A stretch of DNA of 64,000 nucleotides from Moniliella sp. 'wahieum' (lineage: Eukaryota). Under the pieces are notes generated by a model. The model was not told the origin of the DNA, made no database searches, and saw only the letters and a program-made list of their open reading frames with translations. Position 1 is the first letter of the stretch. Every line of letters starts with the position of its first letter. Below are positions 1-10,338 of this stretch, piece by piece. Both the position numbers and the translations under genes were made by a program. The stretch lies in assembly GCA_003971905.1 (NCBI GenBank), contig RSEE01000038.1, positions 496,001 to 560,000 on the forward strand, given 5' to 3'.

Positions 1-416
1 ACAGTGCCACGCTACGGAGCGAGAGGGGAGAGAGGGATGCTGCTGGGGTCGGCCAGATGACCAGCGGGGCCAAGGAACAGGGGCCATCTGTAGCTACCTT
101 CGACAACGCATGGGGCGGGAATGGGTGCCATCCGGGCGGGCCGCCCGTGATGGTGCACGAGAAAGATAGGTATAGATAGGTAGGCACCGCCCGCCCGCCT
201 AGGCGGAACCAACTCGGAGTGGGGGCGGGTGAGCGGTGAGCGGGAGTGGGATGGGTGATGGCCGTGCGGCGTGGACGCAGGGGGTGAGTGTCCACCATGC
301 ACCCTTGGCCCGACGGGGGCGGGCGAGGGCGCGGCGGCGGGGCCAGGCCGAGTAGGCCGAGGGGCCAAGCCGAGGGGCCCGTGACCGCAGCTGGTGACCG
401 CCGCCACCACCTCGGC

Positions 417-2291
417 ATGGCAACCCAGCAGGTCGATCTGGCTGCTCTGGGCGACGCCCTGAGTGAGGCCCACATCGGGTCTCCTGTCAACACGTTTGCT
501 GCCCAGCAGGCCCTGGCTCCCGACCCTCAGCTCGAATTCGACGCGCCCGCTCCGGCCCAGCAGGCCCCCGAGACTCCGACCGAGCCCATTCAGGAGACTA
601 CGGAGACCCAGGAGACAAAGGAGACCACGGGAACCAAGGAGGCCAAGGAGACAACAGAGACAACGGAGACAACGGAGACGAAGGAGGCCCACGAAGCCAA
701 CGAACCGCCGCAACAAGAGGCGCCTTCACCAGGTCCGCCTCTCCTAAGGATGCATCTCGCTCTTCCCCCGTCCAGTCATCCCACGCAGTGGAGCTGCATG
801 CCGAGCCGCCGCCCCATCTCGCCACCATGCCCGCGGAGGAAGCGCCGCCTCTTCCCAAGAACCACCCCAGGGCTGCCGCTCCCTCTGCGGATGCAGGAGA
901 AGCACCGCCGCTGCCTAAGAACCATCCGGGTGACCACGATCCGCTGCGCAGTCTGTGCGCCATGTTTCCCGACCTGCCAAGAGAGACGGTGAAGGATGTC
1001 TTGACGGCGGTCGGAGACCCGGAACGGGCGGTACAGGTCCTGCTCTCCTTCAACTCGGACACGCCGAGCCTGCCGCCTCGGCATCCCAGTATTCCACCCC
1101 CTACCCTGTGGGCGGCCCCAAGGGGGTGCACGATACCCTGCCCTCGGCGGCGCCTGATTCCCAACGGCTCTACGACCCAACCCGATTGGCCTATCAGCCG
1201 CGCGTGCGCAAGCCGAGTACAAAGGGACCGCCTCCGCCGCGCCATCGCGAAAGCCGTACCAGGCGTACCAGTCCCGTTCCCACCCTCCACCTCGGCTCCG
1301 CGCGCAGCAACCCCAGCACCAAGCACAGTCACCTGCCTACCAAGCGCCGTACCAAGTGCGCCAAGAAGAAGCCCCGGTGTGGGCTGGGGAGCTGGATCGA
1401 TTTGCCGGCAATGCCAGTCGCGCTGCAGAAGGTACGTTGGCCATCCTCCTCTTTGGTGCTCAGACTAACCATTGGAACACTTGTCCAGCTGGTATGGCCC
1501 GTGCGGCATCGACCTTCTCCATGTTCAAGGCGCGTGCTCAGGCTCTGGTAGAGCAGGGCAAGGAGCAACAACCGGGCGGATGGCTCCCGCGTCAAGGGGG
1601 CGGCAATAAGTTTTCGTTTCGCCCTTCTGCTGCACAAGCGGATCCAGCGGCGCCCACGGCAGGCGGCCAAGCGCCCGAGTCGGAACCAATCAAGGAGCTG
1701 CGTTCGGGCCCACCGCATTGGCAGGTAAACGAAAGTTCCGATGCCGATGCGCACCCCGTGGGAGAAGGAGACTTGATCGCGCTTTCGAGAGCGTCCAGTG
1801 CCAGTTCCACCAAGAAGGAAAAAGAGAATCCGAGATCGGCTCTTGCCCGCCTCGCTGAGGCTGCACCCTCGTCCAAAATGCAGTCGTTTGTGAGTGGAGA
1901 AGCGGGGCCAAAGCACGCTCGCTCTTCCACCAAGGACGGGGAGACCCCTCCCGCCGTAGCGGACTCTGCCTCTGCCTCTGCCCCTACCGGTACATCTGCT
2001 GCTCCTACATCTGTTCCTGCCCCTGTTCCTACCCCCAGTTCCGGCTCTACTTTTACATCCACTTCCATTTCCACGTCCACTTCTGCTCCTGGGTTGGCTC
2101 CGGCTCCTGTCGCTGTGGCTGGTACCGCCCCTGAAGAGAAGGCAGGTGGTGCGCATCTTGGGATGGGTGTGGGCTTGGGCGCCGGGTTGCTCGGTGGGGC
2201 TGCCCTAGCTGGGCTGGACGACGACGACAATGAGGACGACAATTCGGATGACTTGGACTATGTCGCCAACCCTTTCGAGGACGAGGAATGA
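417..2291 (+). CDS. CUE-domain ubiquitin-binding protein (Cue5/Don1-like), frameshifted; probable intron 1432-1488
   Basis: DPLRSLCAMFPDLPRETVKDVLTAVGDPERAVQVLLSF has the CUE MFP...LL signature. The C-terminus is acidic and ends NPFEDEE*. Intron GTACGT..ACTAAC..CAG (57 nt). Confidence 0.8.
594..690 (+). repeat. 9-bp coding tandem repeat (GAGACAACG-like) encoding ETT/ETK
   Basis: Translates ETTETQETKETTGTKEAKETTETTETTETKEA. Confidence 0.8.
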
Positions 2292-2498
2292 AGAGTAAGG
2301 AGGAGGGAGGAGGGCGCGCTGAGCGCTGAGCATGGATCGATCAAAGAATGTGATGGATGCATCTACGCCCCGATGGCTGGCCTACTTGTAACCTGTAACC
2401 TGCTACCACTTGAACATGTCCCGTGCTTGTAGAAGAAGGAAAGGACACGTGTGCGAGGCGGAAGTACATACGAAATACAGGATGAGTATGTTGCCCGG

Positions 2499-4146
2499 TC
2501 AGCTCTGCCGGGAGGCCACGTCGGCAAAGCTGCGGACGGGAGAGCGCGGAGGGAGCGGACGCGAGCCAACGGGCCCGGGATCGTACTCCACCCCTCCGAG
2601 CGAATCGAGACGTGGGATGGAAGGGGTCGAGATGGAGGGGACCACGTTGGTCCGTGTGGACGGGGGAGCGATCGGACCCAGCTTGCCCACGGTCGGACTG
2701 CGCGTCACGCCGCGCCAAGGGTTGCGGCGCAGCGAAGGCACAAACTCGGGCTGCTTGGGGTTGAGCCGAGGTGTGGCAGAGAGAGAGGGCGAACTGCCGC
2801 TGCCCGAGACGAGAGGGTGCACCTCGTGGCTCGCGTGGGGGGAGGAACGAGGCGAGGCAGAGGTACTTCTCGGTGCATGGGGGGTGCCCTGCGCCGGGGC
2901 CGGCGGCTGAGTCCCACCTTGTGAGCTGGCAGCCTGGGCCTGGGCCTGGGCCTGGGCCTGGGCTTGCTGTGCTCGCCAATGCCGCCCGCGATCTCGCCGT
3001 CGGCCATGTCCTGTGTTAGGCCCCGATGACGTGCGGGCGTGGGAGCGGCGAACTTTCTTCTTATCCTTGTCCTTGTCCTTGTCCTTTTCCTTGTCTTTCT
3101 CTTGGCCCGGGTGGGGATTGGACAAGACCTGCTCGGTCTGCAGCTGAACCTGCTGGATTTGTTGCCGAACCAATTCAAGTTCTTTCCTCAATTTGGGAAG
3201 AGAAGTGGACTGCTTCATCTCCACCTCGGCTTTGACGTTGGCGACTTGTTTCTCAAGCTCTTCCGAGCGTTTTCCCTGCTCTGCAAGCAGGTCGGATGTT
3301 GCTTTCTTGGCCTCAACCACCAATGCGTCCTCTTTGGCCAGGCGTTCTCTTGCCTGGGCCAGGTCGGCCGCCAACTTGGCCATACGAGCCTCATCCTCCG
3401 CCTCTGTTCGCACCGTCTCCTTCTCCTCAGCCTCCGCTTGGGCCTGCAACTCTGTTGCGGCCAACTGGGCCTTTTTGACCTGTTCAGCCAACGTCGTTGC
3501 GCGTGCTCGGGCGCGCGCCTCCAAGCCCAGCAGCGCGCTCGCGCGCCCTTCGCGCAGCTTCCATGTTGGATCGCAGCGCCTGTTCAGCCTTGGCCACGTC
3601 GCGCCGTGCACTGCGCAGCTTGCCTTGCGCCTCGGACCGGTTGGCTTCCCACTGCGCCAGCTCTTGCTTCAAACAAGCAAACTTGGCCTCGTGTTCAGGA
3701 TCGGGCACGAGCGCCCTGCGCTCATGCGGCGGTAACCGCCGCGGTCGCCGCACCAACGAGGCAACCGCAATGCGCCAATGTACACTTCCACCACACACGT
3801 GCGGCCCGGCCGTAAACCAAAGATGACCAGCACCACCTCGCCGCCCGAGTGGAGAATGTTGAGCGGGCGGGGCGCGGCATGGTCCCCTTCCTGGGTCGGG
3901 GACAGGGACGCACCCGAGCCGTCCGACATGAGCACATGTTTCCAGCTGAGACCATCCACGCTGACCGAGATGCCTGCTGGAGAGCGCGGAGGAGGGGAGG
4001 TGCCAGCGGCGATGGCGGTGAGGGGGGCGGGGCGGAGGGAGAGAAGCAGCGTCATCGACACGGGGTTGACGTCAATCACCTCCATGCGGAACTCGTGATG
4101 CGCCTGGGGGGGTGGTGGAGGAGACGGCGGGGGGAGGGTCGGGCAT
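2499..4146 (-). CDS. Hypothetical protein: N-terminal FN3-like beta domain, long coiled coil, C-terminal PAM2-like motif (frameshifted)
   Basis: MEVIDVNPVSMTLLL...ISVSVDGLSWKHV...VLVIFGLRPGRTCVVEV resembles FN3. Heptad-rich E/K/A/Q stretch in ORFs 3484-3798 and 2499-3611. RLNPKQPEFVP near the C-terminus. Confidence 0.6.
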
Positions 4147-4194
4147 GCTGGAGGAGGAGGAGGATGCGGTGGTGGCGGGGAGGGAGGTGCTGGT

Positions 4195-4340
4195 GGTATT
4201 GGCGGTGCTGGGGGCAGAGATGGGGGCGATGCTGGTGGTGGGGGTGGGGGTGGCGGGATGGCGGGATGGGAGGGGGGGGGTGCTGGTGGTGGTGGTGGTG
4301 TGGGTGGTGGTGATGCTGGTGGTGGTGGTGCTGCTGTTGC
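4195..4340. repeat. (GGT)n / G-rich low-complexity tract between divergent genes
   Basis: Runs of ggtggtggt and gggg. It produces spurious His/Pro/Thr/Val-rich ORFs in all frames. Confidence 0.8.
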
Positions 4341-4570
4341 TGTTCGGGGTCGTCCAGCCCGTAGCGCGAGCATCTGGCGGGCGTTGCGGACGCTCCGACG
4401 GCATGTGAGGTGGTGGTGGGGATCCGACGCGCGCTGTGCTGCCCATTCTGTGGCTGCTGGGCGGCGGGGCGGAATTGGATTCTGGGTTTCATCCGCTGGG
4501 CCTGGGTGGTGGCGCCGGGCGGAAGCACCCGCGTATAATCGTACGCTGCCTGGTCGGTCTGCTGCTCGGC

Positions 4571-5131
4571 ATGCCCCCCGCTGGGAGCGTCTCGCGCTCT
4601 GGCTCGAGCTCCCCCGGCCGATGCGCACGCCGTCGAGGCGGCGATGGCACGCATGTCACCCGCGTGTCGCCTCCCCGCCCGTCCCCCCCACATGACGCTT
4701 CTCTCGCGCCTCACCCGCGGCAATCCCTCACCGCCCGCGGTGCAGCCCTCTGGCTCACCGCCTGTCTCTGCCGCCCGCTCCGCCCTGGCCGGGCGCACCA
4801 CCTCACCGCGCATGTGCGCCGCCCGCCTCCCGGCGCACCTATTACCAGTCCTCGTCTCCCTCTCGAGGCTGGAGAGAGAGTTGGGCGCTGTTCACACCTG
4901 CGTCTCCACCGCGCTTTCTCTCCCCGCCGGGAATTCTGGCCGCACGTCTCCCTCGCCTATACGAACTTGGGCGCGGGCGCAGACGACCTAATTGCCGATC
5001 TGGAACGGGAGGGAGTGTGGCGATCGGCTGTCAGCGAAAGATTGACATTTACCTCGTTGAGTTTATGGTCCTGCCAAGGTCCCGTGGAGGAGTGGAGGAG
5101 GTTGTTCGAGATTCAACTGGCGGATCTGTAA
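4571..5131 (+). CDS. CPD1: 2',3'-cyclic-nucleotide 3'-phosphodiesterase (CPDase, 2H phosphoesterase family), frameshifted
   Basis: N-terminal ALWLELP, first 2H motif PPHMTLLS, second motif FWPHVSLAY, C-terminal LSLWSCQGPVEEWRRLFEIQL, assembled across frames. Confidence 0.8.
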   Translation: MPPAGSVSRSGSSSPGRCARRRGGDGTHVTRVSPPRPSPPHDASLAPHPRQSLTARGAALWLTACLCRPLRPGRAHHLTAHVRRPPPGAPITSPRLPLEAGERVGRCSHLRLHRAFSPRREFWPHVSLAYTNLGAGADDLIADLEREGVWRSAVSERLTFTSLSLWSCQGPVEEWRRLFEIQLADL

Positions 5132-5279
5132 TGCCCTCGTTCGCCTCTTGCATCCTTCGTCCTTGTAGGGAGAGTAGGAGAGCAGGTGGCGCGTGTGCGA
5201 TGCGTACAAGATTGGTTGGATACGCTAACTCGGTGTCTGGAAGTTTGTACAGTGCAATTGGCCGAAGCGAGAAAAAAAA

Positions 5280-5351
5280 TGCCTCCTAGCCGAATCGAAC
5301 GACTAATCTTCGCATTACGAGTGCGACGCCTTACCATTGAGCCAAAGAGGC
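5280..5351 (-). tRNA. tRNA-Thr(CGT)
   Basis: GCCTCTTTGGCTCAATGGTAAGGCG TCGCA CTCGTAA TGCGA AGATTAGTCGTTCGATTCGGCTAGGAGGCA folds as a cloverleaf and is followed by a T8 Pol III terminator (5272-5279). Confidence 0.95.
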
Positions 5352-5579
5352 GCATGTCAGTCGGGAAGCATGTAACGTATTGGTTCAGTCCCTGCTGGGC
5401 CGGATCGATGCGAGCCTCTCTCACGTTGAACAGATCCCGCTGCTCCCACCAGGCCGATTAATACTTGGTGTAAACGATTGATTTTTCTGTCAAGCATCAA
5501 TTCTATCATCGATCTGATGAGCAACCATCCTGTAGTTAACCGTTGTAGCAGTGGGGCCGGCGTATATGGCAGGAGAGCG

Positions 5580-7629
5580 CTATAGGCGTTGGAAGCAAGT
5601 GAAATTCAGTGGAATGGGAGGCAGTAGATGTACAGTTTTGCATGGGAGGTATGAAAATCTACTCTCGTGTGGTGGAGGCCAGGAGGTCAGCACACATGCT
5701 GGATCTGCAACGTTGAGTTGGGAATTGGGGTGGGTCTCCTGGTTGAAAGCTTCCTCATTCCCATCAAGGCAGATGGATTGGTCCTCGATGACTGGGAGTG
5801 CTTGCTTTTGAGCCTCTCGTAGCATCCTTTCCACGGACGGAGGCTAGGCGTTTGGAGGAAAATGGCCCTAGCAACTTGGACCTGGGACAGATACGCTTCC
5901 CATGACCCCGACGCGGTTGGAATCCCGGTCTTTGGCTTTCCGGTTTCGCGATAGGCAGCCACCAATCCTTCAATTGAGCCGTACGTGTGGATGGCGGAAA
6001 GAGCTCGTTTGGGACCGATCCCAGGCAATGTGGGGCAAAAGTCGCAGCCACACAGAATGGCAAAATCAACCATCCTTTGTCGTAAGGTGTCTTCGTCCTC
6101 TTTCAGCATAGCGGGAGGTGAGGATTCCATTTCGGATAAAGCGTCTAGCTCCTCTGGAGGAGGGGATCCATTTCGGGCGAAACATCCATCCGGCCAAGCC
6201 AGCCAAGCGCCAATTTCATCCACGTTCAGTGCTTCCTCCTTCACTGGGGCAGATGAGCATGAGAATAGTCGCTTCCGCACTTGGGAAGAATGCACGCTCC
6301 GCCTCGGCACCCTTGATCCGCAGAAGGGAGGCACCGTAGACCACCACGTCGCTGTCTTCGCTCAAAACAAAGTCGGACCAGCCTTGCAGCACAAGCGCGC
6401 TCGCGAGCGCTTCGGCTTCCAACAGACACGACTTGTCCTTAGGCATCTGCAGGACAGGTACCTGGTATTTCTCACAAACGTCCAGTGTCGCCTGGACGAC
6501 TCGGTTCATGGGGGGTAGTTGACGAAGCTTGTACTGCTTCTGCAGCAGTCCGCTTTCAGCTGTAGAAAACGAATCTCGTCCTGAGCCTGGGACAGCCTGA
6601 CCGTATCCGTAAGGGTAGGATGGGGCTCAAGGCTCAGGCTCAAGTGGGGTTTGGGGGGTAGGCGGCAGCTGAGCGGCTTCAGGGAACGTAGAGGTGTTGG
6701 CGCAGCAAGTGGCGGGATAGGTTCCGGCGGGGCGGGGCTGGAAGCAGGAGGGGAGAGGGGCCGGGGCAGGTGCAGTAGGAGCCAACAGGCGTTCGACAAT
6801 ATCTTTTTCGGCCTGTTCAGAGCCACCTGAGTGCGACTCTCGGTCATTCCCTGTGCTGGAGGAGGTGGGGGAGCTGCGAAGGGGGCTGGTTGGGGCTTCG
6901 GGGAATCCAATTCAGACGCTTTGGCAGGGACGGGTCGTGCCAATGGGGAAACAGGTTCAGTGATTTCGGCGCGTGCAAGCGTATGTGACGCTTCGGGCAG
7001 GTGTTGCTGCAATGTGCTTCGAGCGTTTCAAGGGTGGTGAGTGTCTCGAGTCGTTTTGAAGCCGTTCTAAGCGGTCGTTGCGGCTTTGTTCTAACCTGGC
7101 CCGGTAATCATCAAGTGCGCGTTTTGCTTACGCCGCTCTACTTCGCGCGACTGGCTTGTAATTTGTGCTTAGGATCGTCGAGCACGACCGTGGTGCGGAT
7201 TGAATGGGAAAGGAGACTGCGCACGAGTTGAGAAAAGAAGGTACTGTACCAATCGAGGGCAGTGGGTACTTTGGGCCCCGTTTCAGTCCAGAGCGGATCG
7301 GAGGGGCGAGGAGAAGTGCCGGGACTGAGGAAGAAATTGGTTTGTCGCTCTTGAAGTGTGTTAAGAAGTCGCTCCTCTTCCTTTTCGGCTTGGATGGCGT
7401 GGGTGGTGGCAGCGGCATAGGCGAGCCGGACAGCCATAAGGGTGCCATCAATGACTACGCGGCGACCGGCCAGGGCCGCAAGACCGCTGGGAAGGCGCTC
7501 GATCGTTTCCGGACACTCTGCCCGCAGCGTGGGGAAGAGCTGCTTGATCCCTGCGACGGCCCGCGATGCTCGCATGGTGGTGGCTGTGCGCCGAGAAACG
7601 AAAGAGCTTGCCCCGCACGTGCCCCACAT
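5580..7629 (-). CDS. XPG/FEN1-family (PIN-like) 5' nuclease, frameshifted
   Basis: N-domain GIKQLFPTL...RRVVIDGTL and VVLDD. I-domain EAEALASAL...VLSEDSDVVVYG. H3TH DFAILCGCDFCPTLPGIGPKRALSAIHTYGSIE. The 3' end is uncertain. Confidence 0.85.
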
Positions 7630-7925
7630 CTGTCGACGCCACACCACCGCCTGTGCCTCGCCTTGCTGTCCGGCTATTAAATGACACGCACTGGACAACA
7701 CGCAGTCATTACATTTCTAACCCCAAATTCCGCTGCTCCCCTCTTCCGACGATCGTCAATCATGACAATCCTATCTTGACCTGATTCAACTCAAACTCTA
7801 CGTTCAACCAGTTACCTCCTCCAGCACTTTACGCCATGTTTGGGGAGTTGCTCGGCCGTCACGACACCCACCTCAGATAACTTTGGTTTTCAAGCCAGTT
7901 CATTTCTCACCACCATCGCTGCTGC

Positions 7926-9484
7926 TCACTTGGACGGCTTGTAGTCAAACTGGATCGCCTTCGCAATGCGCACTGGAATGTCAGGGTGAACACGTCCAAA
8001 GACGTCAAGCGTACGCTGCTTGATCTCAGCTGACTTGCACTGGCCAATATGGCCCGAGACGTTGTCGATAAAGTGCTGCTTGGCCGTGTCGTCGAACACA
8101 CGGTCCATAGCTCCCGGGGCTGCTCAAAGTCCAAGTCACTGACCTGTGACAGGAAGTTGTGCACGCCCCCCAAGAGCTTCTGCTCGTGCGCAACCGATAC
8201 AGTCGAACGGGTCGTGTACTGCAGCGGGCGAATGGTCGATTGGTAGTTGGGGCGGGCACCTTGGTTGCCATTCACCGCCATAAATCCGTCCCGCTGGAAG
8301 TTGGCCACAGGGACCAGCGGGGCATTGACCGGAATCTGCTGGTAGTTGACGCAAGGCGATGGCGGTGAGTGTCCGGATACGAGAAGAGGCGGCTCTGCAG
8401 CACGGGGTCCATCGACGGCTCAAAGCGGGAACAGTGTGCGATGGCGAGAACGCAGCCTGCTCAATCTCTGCAAAGTAGTTTTCGGGGTTCTTGTTCAACA
8501 CAATCTGGCCAATCGGGCGGAGGGGGTACTGCAGGAGTTAAAGTCGTCAGTTCCAACCTTCTACGGGACCACCGAGGCAAGGACGAGAGATTGCATACCT
8601 TTGTGAGAGCCACAACTTGGTCAGGTCAACACCGAGTAGCGGAACTTCTCTGCCTGCTCCGGGTCATGACTTGAATAAAGACATTCCAGGTGGGGTAGTC
8701 ACCCGCCTCAATCTTGTTGAACAGCTTCTCGATCCCATAATCCGGGTTCTCCCCGGCCAAACGGCGGCGGGTCCGTCCAGCGTCTTAAACGCAGGGGCAC
8801 GAATATGGATCTGGACGTAGACAAACTCGCCCTTATCGTTGACCAACTTGTACGTGTGGCCAGAGTAGCCATGCTGATCCGTAAACCCATCCGGAGTACC
8901 GCGATCAGAGTAGAGAATCATCAACTGGTGGAACGCTTCCGGGTTCTGGCTGAGGTAGTCCCAGGTCATATCGGCATCTTTAAGATGGGTCTGCGGGTCG
9001 CGCTTTTGCGTATGGATGAAGTGGGGGAACTTGGCCGGGTCGCGAATAAAGAAGACAGGAGTATTGTTAAAGACCCAGTCAAGGTTGCCCTCTTGCGTGC
9101 GAATCTTAATCGCAAACCCACGCGGGTCACGGGCCGTATCAGCGGAGCCCGACTCGCCTCCCACGGTGGAAAATCGCATGGTCACCGGAGACTTGGTGCC
9201 CTTCTTGAAGACAGAGGCAAGCGAAAGGTCGGAAATATCATGGGTCGCCTCAAAAAAGCCATGGGCACCAGCACCCTTTGCGTGCACAACACGCTCGGGG
9301 ATACGCTCCCGGTCAAAGTGGGCGAGGAGGTCAATGTGGTGGAAGTCCTGCAGGGCCAAGAGATGGCCAAGACCATCGGTAGCGGGACGCCCTGTGCCTC
9401 GTAAGGCACCGGGTACGGGCGCCCGTTGGAGGTGGTGTACTCCACCTTCTCGGGGCCGGCTTTGAAGATCTCTTGGGAGGGCAT
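7926..9484 (-). CDS. Monofunctional small-subunit heme catalase, frameshifted; intron about 8529-8598
   Basis: [86 protein letters not shown]. Confidence 0.95.
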
Positions 9485-10338
9485 ACTTTGATGCTGAGGC
9501 GGGCTGCTGTGGGGGGCGGGGTTTGGAGCGTTGGTGAGGGGCCCCGAGAGGCAAGACTTAAATACTCGGCATGGTGTCGGCGAGGGCAAGGCGTGCGTGC
9601 CAGTGGGCGCCGGGAGGGTACGCTGGGGAGGCAGTCAAACGAACTCGCGATCGAGGTGCCATCCGACTGCAATGGCAAGCGAGCATTGGTCAGCCGCGGT
9701 TGATGAGACAGCGCGCCGCACTCGCCCCGTGCCACTCCCTGGTCCGTGCCCATCTAGGGTTCGACGTTCAGCGTCATTCATCGATAATCAATAGATCATT
9801 GACTGGTGACGAGCTAGTGACGAAGTACGTAGTCCATCACATACAGGTCACAACGTGTCGCCGATACGCACCGCGCAGGGAGAGTGTCCTTCGGTGTCAG
9901 CCTGACGTCACCTGTCCGAGGAAGAAGGTGGCCGCCCTGCTCTCTTTTGGCCGCCGAAAAGCTGGGGAAACTGTGGCGATGAGAAGCTTGGAGTTTGAAG
10001 GCCGGCGTATGGCGTCCGCTGCAATCGCCAGGCCTGAGGGCGTCGAGCACGAGGCAAGCTTCAACGTCCAAGACGCCAACCCCCAGCAGGAGCTGAGGAG
10101 GCCCCAAGAACATCCATCAGCAATACAACCCTAAGCATGTTTCGTTCCGATTTTCGCTTTCTCGCCGTTTGGAGGTCCCCGATGTGTCACTGGGGAAAGA
10201 CGCCGTCTCAATAGCCCGTGACTGTCCCTCTCCGCGGAAAGGTCGGGAAGAGATGCGTTGCCCTTCAGCAATTACAGCCTCCTCAACACCAACTGTACGG
10301 AAAGAGATGGTCGATTGGGGGAGACGGGGTTAGGGCGT

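Noticed and set aside
4076..4446. His-rich and Thr-rich ORFs
   Set aside because: Produced by the (GGT)n tract in several frames, with no independent support.
4571..5351. Functional link between CPDase (tRNA-splicing by-product metabolism) and the adjacent tRNA-Thr
   Set aside because: This tRNA has no intron, and adjacency alone is not evidence in a eukaryote.
7791..7929. Alternative splicing at the catalase stop (GTGAGC donor) giving a PTS1-like SKV* end
   Set aside because: The candidate branch site (GGTAAC) is non-consensus, SKV is at best a weak PTS1, and there is no transcript evidence.
9814..10134. Short ORF as a lipopeptide pheromone precursor
   Set aside because: No C-terminal CAAX. 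I also saw none in the HD-island ORFs I inspected.
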